From NCBI GenBank assembly GCA_951406725.2, contig OX597821.1:70370001-70434000 (forward strand): DNA of 64,000 bases. The letters run 5' to 3'. Shown piece after piece: positions 1-12,850 of this stretch. This stretch comes from Octopus vulgaris. Taxonomy: Eukaryota. The notes beneath the pieces are model-generated. The model saw only the letters and a program-made list of their open reading frames with translations, ran no database searches and had not been told where the DNA came from. The position numbers were made by a program, and so were the translations under genes. Numbering within the stretch: the first letter of the stretch is position 1; every line of letters starts with the position of its first letter.

Positions 1-340
1 TTTCCCTAAAACATCTCTAGGAGCATCTTCATTATTGGTCAGCTTATATAGGCTCCTTTCTATGACATACAATCACACTGACAAAAAATACTACACATTA
101 GCAAAATACAGGTAGCTCGTTTGATTCGTTTCCCTAAAACATCTCCAGGCGCATCCTCATTATCGGTCAGCTTATATAGGCTCCTTTCTATGACATACAA
201 TCACACTAACAAAAAATACTACACATTAGCAAAATACAGGTAGCTCGTTTGATTCATTTCCCTAAAATATCTCCATGTGCAGCCCCAACATCCGGCAGCT
301 TATTTAGGCTCATTTCTATAACACAAAATCACACTGACAA
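1..340 (+). repeat. 128-bp satellite array (partial, runs off window start)
   Basis: tttccctaaaa recurs at 1, 129 and 257 (period 128). Confidence 0.9.
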
Positions 341-1059
341 TGATATAGATTGAATACTGTTGACAAATCAATATAAATCATATTCATTGCTATTGAAGAA
401 GGGGCTGGCCCCATTGAATAGAAAGAAGAGACTTCTTCAAAGAACAAGTCTAGGCTTGCTTTCTTCGTTCTTAAAACAAGCTACAGTCCATTTCTTGACT
501 TCATTGAATCCATGTCTTTAAAAGATGTCAAGCATCATGATTCTCACCCTCTGAAAGCTTATTTCCTTTTTGAGTTTTATTTATAATAGCCTTCACAGCT
601 TTTCAGAAATTTCTTGGCGATTTTCTAGGACCTTAAAAAAGCACATGTTGATCGGAGGCTGACCGACATACATACTTATATAAATACATACATACATACT
701 TGCATACATACATGGTGGCTGCCCCCTCGTTATCAAGTATGGCTATTGCAGGAAGCTTAATCAATGTTGTTATCGTGCAATGCCTGTGCAAGATTTTTTT
801 TAAAGTGAGGAAAGGCTGTGCACTCACCAAACAACAGCAGCCATAATCAGAAAAGAAGAACAAGTCAACATCATCAGTAACCACTGAGCCGCAGGTTTTA
901 CGTTGGAGTTATCCCAGTTATCTGAGTTACCTTCTCCTAGAAGGATACCCTAACAAAGACTAGGAGTCCTTCACTCCCAATGGTTTAACAGCGCGATCGG
1001 GTATACAGTCTGATTAATTCAATGTCCCCACACATGATACAGCCTTACATACATACATA

Positions 1060-1590
1060 CAATTTCAAATGGCGCATCCTCTCCTCGGAAACATCATTTA
1101 ACCACTCTGCCTATGTACGTGATGTAGATGACATCATGATAAATGGAAGGCATTGCATCAAGCAATTTTCCTTGCTCTACCCTTCAGTACATGCTCAAAG
1201 AAGTCACTTAACTGCCACAGTGAATCATCAGATGTAAAGATGAGTGTGTATCAGCAGAAGACCATGCATGGATATGATAAACAAAGCAGCGTATAATGGA
1301 CCAACAACCAGATTACAAACTCTCACTTTGAAGGGTATATGTTTACACTCCAACCATGACTATCAAGCCTTTCCTTCAGGCCTTCACTCAGAGCATGTGA
1401 TATGATTTCAAGAAAATATGCCTCCTATTTCTTACACATGGAGCTAACATGTAGAGTCTCCTTCATTGGTCCATAACACCGAAATTAACTTATATATTAT
1501 GTTATAAAGAACTTGAAGAATTGCTGTTAATGTTTGCCACTTATCTAATATATTCTACTGATTCTGAGGAAATGCTGTTTGCTATTATGA
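1060..1590 (+). mobile_element. Decayed LINE RT fragment (catalytic region)
   Basis: ILSSETSFN..YVRDVDDIMI resembles LSPxLFN..YxDD; many stops. Inverted copies at ~23060-23595 and ~31330-31860. Confidence 0.4.
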
Positions 1591-1859
1591 CCAATAGGTG
1601 TAGGCATGTTTGGAGGGGATAAGAAGCACCCTTTGAAAGCTAATGGTTCCAGGTTCAGTGGAACTGCACGGCACATTTCATAAATGTGTTATGCTATAGA
1701 CCTTCACTGATCAATGAGTACTTAGAGAATTTGGTAAGTAGAAACTGTGAGGAAGCCCATCGAGTATATATATGTGCTTGCGGATGTTTGAGTCAGTGAC
1801 TTTGTCACAACCAGTGTCTGTTTCAATCAGTGTAATTTAAGAATAACATAAAAACCACA

Positions 1860-2230
1860 CTTTAGCAAAATAGAAGGAGTTGATTTGTTTCCCAAAACCA
1901 TCTCCAGGTGCAACCCCAGCATCCGGCACCTTATTTAGGCTCATTTCTATAACATGCAATCACACTGACAAAAAATACTACACATTAGCAAAATACAGGT
2001 AGCTCTTTAGATTCGTTTCCTTAAAACATCTCCAGGTGCAACCCCAGCATCAGGCAGCTTAAATGGGCTCATTTCTATAACATACAATCACACTGACAAA
2101 AAATACTACTCATTAGCAAAATACAGGTAGCTCGTTTGATTCATTTCCCTAAAACATCTCCAGGTGCAACCTCAGCATCGGTCAGCTTATATAGGCTCCT
2201 TTTTATGACATACAATCACGCTGACAAAGA
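1860..2230 (+). repeat. 128-bp satellite, ~3 units
   Basis: Repeated ...catctccaggtgcaaccccagcatc...aatcacactgacaaaaaatactac unit. Confidence 0.88.
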
Positions 2231-2620
2231 TATTGATTGAATACTGGTAACAAATCAATACAAATGAAATTCCTTGCTATTGAAGAAGGGGCTTGCATCA
2301 TTGGATAGAAAGAAGAGACTTCTTCTAAGAACAAGTCTAGGCTTGGTTTCTTCACTTTTAAAACATGCTACAGTCCATTTCTTGACTTCATTATATCCAT
2401 GTCTTTAAAAGATGTCAAGCATCATGATTCTCGCCCTCTGAAAGCTTATTTCCTTTGGTCGTATGAGGTGGACAATTCAAGAGAACCTGATGAAACAGGC
2501 CACTTCCGGGAACACCAAATTCTAACTTGACATGGTCAGTTGCCTTTCCTAATTTCAACCACATTACAGATTTGAAATCATTTCCTACTCTACTGCAAAC
2601 AGATTTATTGAAAAGCATTA
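2140..2620 (+). mobile_element. Highly decayed LINE reverse-transcriptase relic (N-terminal RT motifs)
   Basis: Across frameshifts reads ARLIHFPK..SLYRLLFMT(YRLISIT in other units)..K..D(R)IL / HWIERRDFF..GF / HATVHFLTSL / KAY / RWTIQ.NL...SGN, in the order of non-LTR RT motifs IPxPK-YRPIxLT-ERI-QxGF-ST..L-KAYD-W..I..L..G. Other copies: ~250-570, 13320-13640, 22190-22650(-), 29690-30140(-), 34970-35460, 46360-46680, 57240-57720(-), 58560-58880(-). Confidence 0.5.
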
Positions 2621-2689
2621 TTTTTCAGATGCCTTTCATATACACTTGTATATTTAATCAAATAAAATAAATTTCAAGAAATAGATAAA

Positions 2690-4047
2690 AACAAACAAAA
2701 TAATTATTGTAAAAATAATGTTTTATTTATATGTTTGGTAAAGTTTATTTACAAGGTGAAATATAAAGGGTAAAGACCCCCTTCGGTCATGAATGACCAT
2801 GGGATTGCACCTAGAAAGTTACCCTCCTAGACACAAGTCCGGGCAAGGTTGTTTATGGAAGGCTAGCAGTCGCCCATGCATACCAGCCTCCCCTCTCCAC
2901 GCCACCAGTGTTATCCAAGGGAAAGACAAAGGTCGATACAGCTTGACACCAGTGACGTCGCAACTCATTTCTACAGCTGAGTGAACTGGAGCAACGTGAA
3001 ATAAAGTGCCTTACTGAGCCATGGGCCTACTAAAATATATTATATACCTATATGAATATATATATATAGAAAAGATTATTGACATGTCTGTTCAATTAAA
3101 ACAGTGTATGTATATATATTTTATCAAAAGATCCATCATTATTTACAGATATAAATTCATGCATAAAGTATAAATTAAAATGATATGGAATTAATATATA
3201 CATATACATACAAGTCAATTTATTTACAAGTTGAGACTTTTTAAATTTATATATAAAAAATATAAACTACCAAAATGAAATTTCATATAGATATGGAATT
3301 GATGTGACAATATTTACAAATATATATACGTATATTTATGAGAATAAACAGAACCATGAGGCAAGGAGATACACACATTATATAAATACAAAAGATATTA
3401 AATGAATATATACACATCATCTATATAAGCTTTGCGATACGGATAGTTTTATAATGCTCTCCATTTTTTAAATATATCTACATATATAAAGAACCAAATC
3501 ACACTTGGAATATAGGAAATATAAATTTCTTGCAGTGTAGTCTAATAATCCTTGTTGCTTTAGATTGTTCTAGGAAGAGGACCACAATTTGAAAAGAGGT
3601 GCAACAAGTGAATGAGTGCCATTCTGAGGAATCACACAACCCACGAGAAATGACAGGTAAATTCCCCAGCAAAACAAATTCTACCATTATACAAATAGGA
3701 AGAACACATTAGTCTATATTCCTCTTGATATCTAAAATGACAGCTTCCTTTCACCATTGAACTGTAGGGTCAGGATTTAGCCAGGGTTAAACGCCTGCAT
3801 CAATCATTATGTCGGTCCTCAGCACATATTTCATGGTAAGTCTGAAATAGAAAATAAAATACTCTTAGATATTATTTATTGATAATCTTACATATTTCAT
3901 ATATCATACATCATAATATGATCAGATTAAACAGATGCAATTTATCATAAAACATCTAAGCACACATTCATTTATTTAACAGGGTAGTTAAAGACAGATA
4001 TTAATTTCATCTTAATTATTCCTAATTAATTGCTAATATAAGAAGAA
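2690..4047 (-). pseudogene. PCF11-like 3' fragment (part of intron 7, exon 8 at 3841-3800, 3' UTR)
   Basis: TYHEICAEDRHND* exon with its acceptor. Intron homology ends at ataagaagaag (~4047), where an RTE-like LINE fragment begins. Confidence 0.8.
2766..3027 (-). mobile_element. Copy-specific SINE-like insertion
   Basis: GC-richer block interrupting aggtgaaatata|tactaaaatata, which is uninterrupted at ~13780, ~35595 and ~46820. Confidence 0.75.
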
Positions 4048-4350
4048 GTGAATCCTGATGGGCCAGGTACTTTCCCTGTCTTCATATCCTTAATTGCTTT
4101 ATCTACCAGTGTACTGTTGATTTGGGTAGCTGGTCCCTGAATTGGGTCGACATTTGGCAGACTCCTCCACCCATTCATTCTCCACAGCAGTCTTTCATAG
4201 TGGCATCTCCAAGACTCCCTCTTTAGAGAATCATTGAATGGAAGGTCACCATCATCCATGCAGACACATTGCTCTCTTATGACATCATGGTTTTCTCTCA
4301 CACACTCTCTTGCAATCTGTAATACTTCAGTTCTTTGGTCCTCACATTGC
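4048..4350 (-). mobile_element. RTE-like LINE ORF fragment
   Basis: RENHDVIREQCV..W..HYERLL..KAIKDMKTGKVPGPSG is typical of the pre-RT region (KAxGPxG) of RTE LINEs. Confidence 0.7.
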
Positions 4351-4490
4351 TGAAGTCTCTCTCCTCTTAATTAAAAATTGTATTTTATACTCTTATAAAA
4401 CTCTATATGTGAATTCACCTAAATAAGTCTATTTTATATATGACCCACTGATAAATTTTTTAATGATTTTTATCCTTTAATTATGTTTGA

Positions 4491-4522
<32 letters not shown>

Positions 4523-5479
4523 ATGTATTTATGAGTGTGTGTGTGTGTACGTGCGTGTGTGTCTTCATGTTTGTATTTGTCCAGCACCAATTCTTGACAA
4601 CTGATGTTGATTTGTTGTTTATGTCCTCATGACTTAGTGGCTGAGCAACAGAGACTGATAGAATAGGTATCGGGCTTAAAAATAAGACTTGGGCTTGATT
4701 TGTTTGATGAAGCCTTTCTAGGTAGTGCTCCAGCATTGCCACAGTCAAATGACTGAAACTAGTAAAAGCTAACAACTAGCATTTCTTGGTTTAGAACATT
4801 AAATGTATCAGTATTCACTTTGCTAATTAATCCTCCTGTAGTTTGGCCAATCAAAAATATTATGACCACTTGACAGAAATATTGCCGATCCCACCAAATA
4901 CTATGAAGGAATGATTATCTCCCTTGTATTAACTACCCAGAGGAAGAGGAAGTCTTCTGTACTCCATCTTGCTTATCATAACTACCATGTCAAAAGCAAG
5001 AATAGAAATTATTTATGTGACATTTTGATCTCTTAGAAATAGCAAAGAAATCTCTCTCAAATCACACCCAGTTGTCTTAAATAAAAAAAAAAAAAGGATA
5101 TATAAGAAAATGTTATCCCTGATATACAAAAAAAAAAAATGCAGAGGGTGGTCATGAATGGAGTGTCTCTTAGCTAAGAGCTAAGCAACAACAATCACTA
5201 TTAATGGAATTTAGTTAATTTAACAAACTATAATAGAACTGACAAGATAACTTTGGTGTCATCATGAATGTTCTGTGAAGAAGTTTAGTGAGGCTGATTT
5301 TCTATGATTGGATGCCTTTTCTATCAGTGACCCTCATCTGTTCCCGAGCAAAGTAATATTTAGCCCTGGCCAGACATGTTTTTCATGAAAAGCTCCAAAT
5401 GAACATCATTGCTTTCCTAATGATGATGCTTGTTTATAGCCATCACATGACATCTAAACTACGGAGCACACAAACATAC

Positions 5480-5514
5480 GCACATACATATATATATATA
5501 TGCATACATACATG

Positions 5515-5581
<67 letters not shown>

Positions 5582-5640
5582 GAATATATATATACATATG
5601 TGTATATATATATATACATATATATATGAATATATATATA
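5480..5640. repeat. (AT)n microsatellite
   Basis: Seen directly; others at 9960-10020, 11980-12070, 38160-38320, 38728-38770, 44999-45125, 60715-60800, 62830-62925. Confidence 0.95.
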
Positions 5641-6030
5641 GGCGCAGGAGTGGCTGCGTGGTAAGTAGCTTGCTAAGCAACCACATGGTTCGGATCCAGT
5701 CTCACTGCGTGGCATCTTGGGCAAGTGTCTTCTGCTATAGCCCCGGGCCGACCAATGCCTTGTGAGTGGATTTGGTAGACTGTCATATATGTATATATAT
5801 GTATGTGTGTGAATGTGTTTGTGTGTCTGTGTTTGTCTCCTTAGCATTGCTTGACAACCAATGCTGGTGTGTTTACGTCCCCGTCACATAGCGGTTTGGC
5901 AAAAGAGACTGATAGAATAAGTACTAGGCTTACAAAGAATAAGTCCCGGAGTTAATTTGCTCGACTAAAGGCGGTGCTCCAGCATGGCTGCAGTCAAATG
6001 ACTGAAACAAGTAAAAGAGTAAAGAGTATA
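5641..6030 (+). mobile_element. Octopus-type tRNA-derived SINE
   Basis: ggcgcaggagtggctgcgtggtaag head, ttgggcaagtgtcttc core, internal (TA/TG)n, 3' gtgctccagcatggc..tgactgaaacaagtaaaagag tail. Confidence 0.8.
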
Positions 6031-6529
6031 CATATATAAACATATGTGTGTATATATATATATATATATAATATAGAAACGGGTTTGTATGATTGTGTAT
6101 AGAGGGATATATTGTTGAAATACTCCTGATACAACCTGGGACCTTGAAGACTGCTATAATGCAAGAAAGTATACTAGTCCCTTAATATATTTTATATTCA
6201 ATATTTCATCTATTCAATAAGACAATCAATATTTCATCTTATTTTACTATATATATATTATTTATACTATATATTCTATATTCTACATTAATATTATAAA
6301 GAAAAAACAGAGTTGGAATTTCTTTGAACAATATATATATATATATATATATATTATTAATTCTCAACTTGCCATCGAATATTACAACTTGGAATTTCTT
6401 TATGTGCCTTGTTCCTTGCATAAAACTTCATAAATATTTCTTCAAGCCAGCCTTCGAATTCCTCACTTTGCCACATATGTTCTACTTCAAACCAACTTTC
6501 CAGAGATACTGAAGCTGCTCCAAAGCATC

Positions 6530-7200
6530 ATATTCTCTCTAGTGGCTCTTGGAACCAGCAAAAGAAAGACAAATTCTTCCACATATTTCACATTCACTAC
6601 TTTTGTCTGCAGCTTTTGATGATTCTGTTTGCTTCCTCTTCCAAATTGCTCTTTTGTATGAAATGTGTTGAATTCTTCGCTAAACCCTCAAAGATTTTTT
6701 TCTCCACTTTGCTCTATCAGTAGATCACTCTTCCCTGTTCTCAAGAGAAATAGCACATTTCTTGACATTCATCTTATAATAAAATTACTGTTTGGATTGT
6801 GAAGCTTTCCGCTTTCCATATTTCAATTCTCCAGAAAACAGATTCTTTACAATTCTAGTATTACTCGTTCAGACAAGATGTCCACTCCACCTTAAAGCAC
6901 ACCGAATGATAACAGCTTTAATGCCGCTCATTTGAGTTTTTTTCTAGAACTTCGTTGTCCAGGGTATGTGTGGTCCAGTTCACATTGAGTGTATATCTCA
7001 AGTAAGCATGCTTGAAACTGTTTGAGCATCTTTACTTGGTGTTTGTAGGTCATCCAAGTTTCACAGCCACACAATTCTGTGTGAGTTGTGAACCCACAAT
7101 CATCAGCATCGAACAGTCTCCTAACAAAAGACTCAAATATCTTAGTGTCGTCTCCTGACGTTGAACATATTTCCACAGGGTTCTTATTCTGATGTAGATT
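6530..7200 (-). mobile_element. RTE/BovB-like LINE 3' fragment
   Basis: RRLFDADDC, LCGCETW..Y, LRWSGHLV and a terminal CEICGRIC..SH knuckle; frameshifted and internally deleted. Confidence 0.75.
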
Positions 7201-8614
7201 CCCTTAGTGTTACTTTCGAATGCTCCCATGAATATTATTATGGTTTTCTGTTAAATATAGACTCAATGTATGCTTAATATGTATCATTACCCTTCATTTT
7301 CTGGAAAAAAAACAATGTCTAGATGGGCTATTTTCATTGAAAAGCTATTGGCATTGTTCACCCAAAAAGTGAAGAATCTTAAATAAAAAAGAAGGGCCAT
7401 TATACAGAATAAGGAAAACATAGCAATAGTGTTGCCATGGGGTGAAAACGTTTCATCAAAACTGATTCACAGAAAACCAAGAAATCTCAAATTTCACTCC
7501 TAAGCTATTAGCGTGGTTCTGGATGTGTGTGGGTGCACTTTTATATCAAGTTATAAAGACAATTTACCATTGAACCGAAGAGTTAGTAAATACTTTGCAC
7601 TCAGTCTATATTTATCAAACATGTCCAAGCGGAAGAGTGACAGTGACTTGGAAGCTTTTGCATGGCTCTCTTTCACTGGACTAGTCAATGACGGCTAGCA
7701 CCATCTGAAACATCAAAATCAATGTCATCATTCTTTTTGTAAGCGTATAATGTATATATGCATGTAAAACAGGCTTCTTTCAGTTTCCACCTACCAAATC
7801 CACTCACAAGGCTTTGGTCAGCCTGAGGCTGTGTAAAAATCTCTATCTAGGCTGTCCCATAGGATGCCCCTAATTCATAGGGGCTTCGGTTGCACATACT
7901 ATAGGAGACACAGTGTACTGCTCCATGTGGTGCTGCAGTTTGCATCTAACTAGGAATATTAGGGTCTTATCCATTGTCTTATATTCAAGATCCTCTGCAT
8001 GACATCCTGCTAGTTCAAAGCCAGGAATCTGATCAGTTACGTCCTGCCAATGCTTTGATTTATTGTCATTAAGGTTTTGTCTGTCTTTTACCTGGCCTGG
8101 TAAGACCTACCTGAAGATTGCTCTCCCTCCAGCACAGTTCTCCTGGTCAATGGAGCACACAGGCACTTCACCACGGCAAGGTACTTGTTGAAATTGGCCG
8201 TTGACTACACAGTAGTTCTTTTGCCCTTTGACAGGTTTTATTTTTTGTCCCTCAGTGTGTCCAACAATCCCCCTCCTCACCAAGCAAGCTCGATGGGGTT
8301 GCCAATGACCCGACTATGTGACAGGTTGTACTGGCCTACATGTTACCAGTAGCACTCAAGAATGACCTGACACAAAAAATGGAACCAGTGACCACATATT
8401 TGAGAAGTAAGCTTCTTAACCCTATAGTCACACCTGCCCCAATCACAATCACAAAGTGTAATTTCATTTAGTTATTATTCTATAGCCATCCTGACAAAAT
8501 ACTAAGCACTGTAACCACTCTAACTAAATATGCATTATTACCATTATTGCCATTACTGCACATTATTACCATTATCAGTATCATAATCACTCAGTAAAGA
8601 CTATACATATACAT

Positions 8615-9961
8615 TTACGGAGTGGTTGGCATTAGGAAGGGCATCCAGCTGTAGAAACTCGGCCAGATCAGATTGGAGTCTGGTGTAGCCATCTGGTTCG
8701 TTAGGCCTCAGTCAAATTGTCCAACCCATGCTAGCATGGAAAGCAGACGTTAAATGATGATGATGATGATGATGTAAATCGACTTAACTTGCTTCTCATT
8801 ACATTCACTCTTTTACTTGTTTTAGTCATTTGAATGCAGCCATGCTGGAGCACTGCCTTTAGTCAAACAAATAGACCACTGGACTTATTGTTTATAAGCC
8901 TAGTACTTATTCTATCAGTATCTTTTGTCGAGCTGCTAAGTTATGGGGTTGAAAACACACCAACATCAGCTGTCAAGCAATGGTGTGGGGGACAAACAGA
9001 CATACACACACACACACACATATATGCAATGGGCTTCTTTCAGTTTCCGTCTACCAAATCCACTCAGAAAGCTTTGGTCAGCCTGAGGCTATAGTAGAAG
9101 ACACTTGCCCAATGTGCCACGCAGTGGGACCGAACCCAGAAGTATGTTGTCGGGAAGCAAGCTTCTTACCACACAGCCACTACTATGCCTATGGCACCTG
9201 TGCTACTGGTATGTAAAACCACCAATTACACTCTTGGCGTTAGAAAGAGCATCCAGCCATAGAAAACCATTCCAAATCAGATTGGATCCTGGCATGACAG
9301 CCTAGTAAAACCGTCCAACACATGCCAGCATGGACAATAGACATTAAATGATGATATATATACGACAGGCTTCTTTCAGTTTCCCTCTACCAAATCCACT
9401 CACAAGGCTTTGGTCAGTTTGAGGCTATAGCAGAAGAAACTTGCCCAAGGTGCCACACATACAACACAGTCACATCTGTGCCTATGAAATGTTATCAGCA
9501 GGCAGCGATGGGAATTGAACCCATACCTCTCAGAGACAAGCTGAGTATTCTACCACTAAGCTAAACATCCCACTACATGTAGATTCAGGTTATATGTTAT
9601 ATGCAAGGCAGCGAGCTGGTAGAAACATTCAAATTCCGCTGAGATCAACTTTGCCTTTCATCCTTTCGGGGTCAATAAAGTAAGTAGCAGTTATGTACTG
9701 GGGTCGATTTATTCGACTGACCCCCACCGTCAAATTTTGTGCCTTGTGCCTAGAGTAAGAAAGACTATGTTAAAGAAACACAAAAATCAACAGTAACCCA
9801 TTCCACATATTTCTATATAGTGGCTATATGGTGAGAAGTTTACTTTCCAACCACATGGTTATGGGTTCAGTCCCACTGCATGGCACCATGGGCAGGTGTC
9901 TTCTACTATAGCCTAGGGCCAACCAAAGACTTGAGAAAATTTGGTAGATGGGAACTTATTG

Positions 9962-10016
<55 letters not shown>

Positions 10017-10165
10017 ATGTTTGTGCATCTATGTCTGTCCCCCTACCATCGATAGAATAGGTGCTTGACTTACAAAGAATAAGTCCCGGTGTCGATTTGT
10101 TCGACTAATGGTGGTGCTCCAGCATGGACGCAGTCAAACAACTGAAACAAGTAAAAGAGTATATA
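8615..10165. mobile_element. Cluster of nested SINEs and SINE fragments on both strands
   Basis: (GAT)n-tailed element 8615-8775(+), near full-length SINE 8805-9185(-), fragments 9190-9460 and 9605-9760, SINE 9820-10165(+). Confidence 0.75.
9501..9571 (-). pseudogene. tRNA-like pseudogene / tRNA-derived SINE head
   Basis: Reverse complement gggatgttTAGCTTAGTGGtagaata-CTCAG-cttgtct-CTGAG-aggt-ATGGG-TTCAATT-CCCAT: A/B boxes, anticodon arm and T arm pair, but the acceptor stem does not. Confidence 0.6.
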
Positions 10166-11259
10166 CACTCATTTTCTATGCCTAGTTAGGTTATTCTACA
10201 TTCATTTTATTTTGAGATTCTCTAAGCACTGCTTCAGCATGTCCAGGGAAGTTTATGCTTCACTGAAGAAATCCAATATGATAGAAATATGTCTTGAGTT
10301 GTCTCCCACTTGCTGAAATGTTTAAAATATCATCAACTATTGAACCAATGTTCTTCCCATCTATTTGATTTATTGAATTAGATTCTATTTTCTTTCTTCA
10401 TTAGATGCATCCACTCTTAACAAATATGGCAAAATACTGGGTGGGTGTGACCACTTATCTAACATAACATCGCATATGAAATACATTTTCCATAAAATCA
10501 CCCACAGAATGGTGTATAATCATATCATCATAAAATAGTATTTAGCTAATTGCTTCAAGAGAGAGCAGCTAAATGTCCCTCAAATCACATCATAATTTTA
10601 AATAAATGGGAAGGACACATTTGATTATTTAGTTGTAGAGACATAGAAAAATATAAGAAATGTCACAGCTGGATTGCTGAGTTTCAACTAAAATAACATA
10701 ACAACTGTTAAGATGCTGTGATATTATCTCAAATTAGTAAGATACGTAATTTATAAGGCGGTCAGTTGGCAAAATACCATCATTACATTCTGAGTTCAAA
10801 TACAGCTGGGGTCGGCATTGCTTTTCAAATTCTACCAAGGTGAACTTTGCCTTTCATCCATTTTGAGGTGGATTAAAAAATCACCAGTTGAGCACTGGTA
10901 TTGATGTAATTGACTCCACCCTCACCTCCGAAATGTAGGCCTAGTGTCAAAATTTGAAACTAATATATATGTGTAGTTAGTATAATTTGTAGCGTAAAGG
11001 GGGCAGGTGTGGATGCATGTTAAGAATCTTGCTTCCCTATTATGTGATCTTGGGTTCAACAGCTCTTGAAAAGATTGCAAGACAATGAAAATTTTAGTAA
11101 AAAGTAAATGAGTGGAAATCAGACCGATGAGTGTGTCAAATTAATAAGACACTAAAAGCAAATGACTCACCCCCAGACACAATAAAATAAGTTTCAACAC
11201 ATAAAGAATCTTGCAAACCAAATACTAAAAACAAAATCTATGTAAATATATATATATTT

Positions 11260-11560
11260 ATCATCATCATTTAACGTCCGCTTTCCATGCTAGCATGGGT
11301 TGGACGATTTGACTGAGGTCTGGCGAACCAGACTCCAATCTGATCTGGCAGAGATTCTACAGCTGGATGTCCTTCCTACTGCCAACCACTCTGAGAGTGT
11401 AGTGGGTGCTTTTATGTGCCACCGGCATGAGGGCCAGTTTGGTGGTACTGGCAATGGCCACGCTCAAATGGTGCTTTTTACATGCCACCTGCACCGGAGC
11501 CAGTCCAGTGGCACTGGCGACGACTTCGCTTGAATGTTTCACGTGCCACCAGCACAAGTG
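11260..11560 (-). mobile_element. (GAT)n-tailed SINE with internal tggcacgtaaaaagcac repeats
   Basis: catcatcatttaacgtccg..ctacagctggatg..ccttcctaatgccaaccac motif; copies at 43965-44270(-) and 61215-61520(+). Confidence 0.75.
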
Positions 11561-12017
11561 CTAGTAAAGCGACACCTTACTAGCACTATATATATATAGG
11601 TAGGTACATTAAATTCAGGGTGAATACTTGATAAGTGTAAGCACCTGTATATGCCAGTTAGTAGCAAAGGTGAGAGGGTATATGCATCAAATGAAATAAA
11701 AAACAGAACACAAAGGATGTCGCTGTTTCAAGCTTTATACAACAACCTATTTTTACATCAATGTGTAATCGACATAACAGATGGTTTAAAGCCCTCTTCA
11801 GCCGCATGCAATTGCTATACCAAAGACTTCCATCACATTATGAAAATGTACATTTTGTATTATCTATAATGGTTGGTATATTGAGTTTCACTGAGAAAGT
11901 TTGTAAATCTTCATAATCAAATAGGTATGTAGGGTATCATTGGACTTCAAAAATCCGTCCATACTCTATCATCAGTCAACATATATATATATACATATAC
12001 ATATATATATGTATATA

Positions 12018-12060
<43 letters not shown>

Positions 12061-12159
12061 GTATGTATATACACACAGATAAGACAGAAGTAAATAATCA
12101 TTAAAATTTATTTAAATCTTAAATTATGCATTCAAATTAATTACATATAATAATGTAAA

Positions 12160-12850
12160 TATCTTATATTTAGTAGAGATGCCCTTTGCATTTTTCGATT
12201 CAAGGATCCTATAAGACATTCTACTGCACAGATGTTGAATGTACTCTAGGAGAATTTCTTGCCAAGTTTCATGCAGTAATCTCAAAAGATCTGGCTTTCA
12301 GAATGCTTTGTTGTTCTTTTTATGAAGTGTCCTGTCCATTATGCCCCAGAGATGTTCAATCAGGTTCATACCCGGTGACTGGCTTGGCCATAGAAGCTTT
12401 TTAATGCCATTCTTTTCCAACGAATCTTGGCTCTTGCTAGCCATGTAACAAGGAGCCCCATCTTCAATAAATACAGAATCGTCTGGTTGGCAGCAACTTT
12501 TTAATGCCAATTTCTTGATCAAAGAGTCTCTAGACCCATTCCCGACCACTGTCAGAAAATACAGCAAATTTGGACTATTCAGAGAATATGATAGCGTCCT
12601 AAAGTGCTAGTGGCCACTCCATCATCTCACTGGCCTGATCCTTCCTCCAATTGGCATTGGATGGTTGAAGAAGTTGCTTCCTTCTTGCTGCTCTTCCATT
12701 GTAGCCAAGTTTGTGGAGATATCTGACAGCAGTTCTGGGACAGATATGAACTTGTTCTGCTATGTTAAATGTCTTGCAATGAGGTTCATCCTCCACATTT
12801 CACTTAATAAAGCAAAGGAACCTGTCAGAGGTCCCTGGTCAACCTAAGCA
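12160..12850 (-). mobile_element. Decayed Tc1-family (DD34E) transposase
   Basis: YLHKLGYNGRAARRKQLL (Tc1 DNA-binding linker) and EDGAPCY...WPSQSPGMNLIEHLW with exactly 34 residues between D and E; frameshifts and stops. Confidence 0.88.

Noticed and set aside
5399-5847. YIYI-rich ORFs (also 38076-38528, 42455-42760, 44872-45129, 62742-62987)
   Set aside because: Translations of (AT)n microsatellites and SINEs.
9501-9571. Functional tRNA gene
   Set aside because: Acceptor stem does not pair, position 37 is a pyrimidine, and the anticodon varies between copies.
8834-11557. Multi-copy conserved small ORFs (MQPCWST.., MPNVPRS.., MDDLTEV..)
   Set aside because: They lie entirely within SINEs; conservation reflects recent segmental duplication.
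12160-12850. Active or domesticated Tc1 transposase
   Set aside because: Stops, frameshifts and an internal deletion in all three copies; no clear terminal inverted repeats; multiplied passively by segmental duplication.
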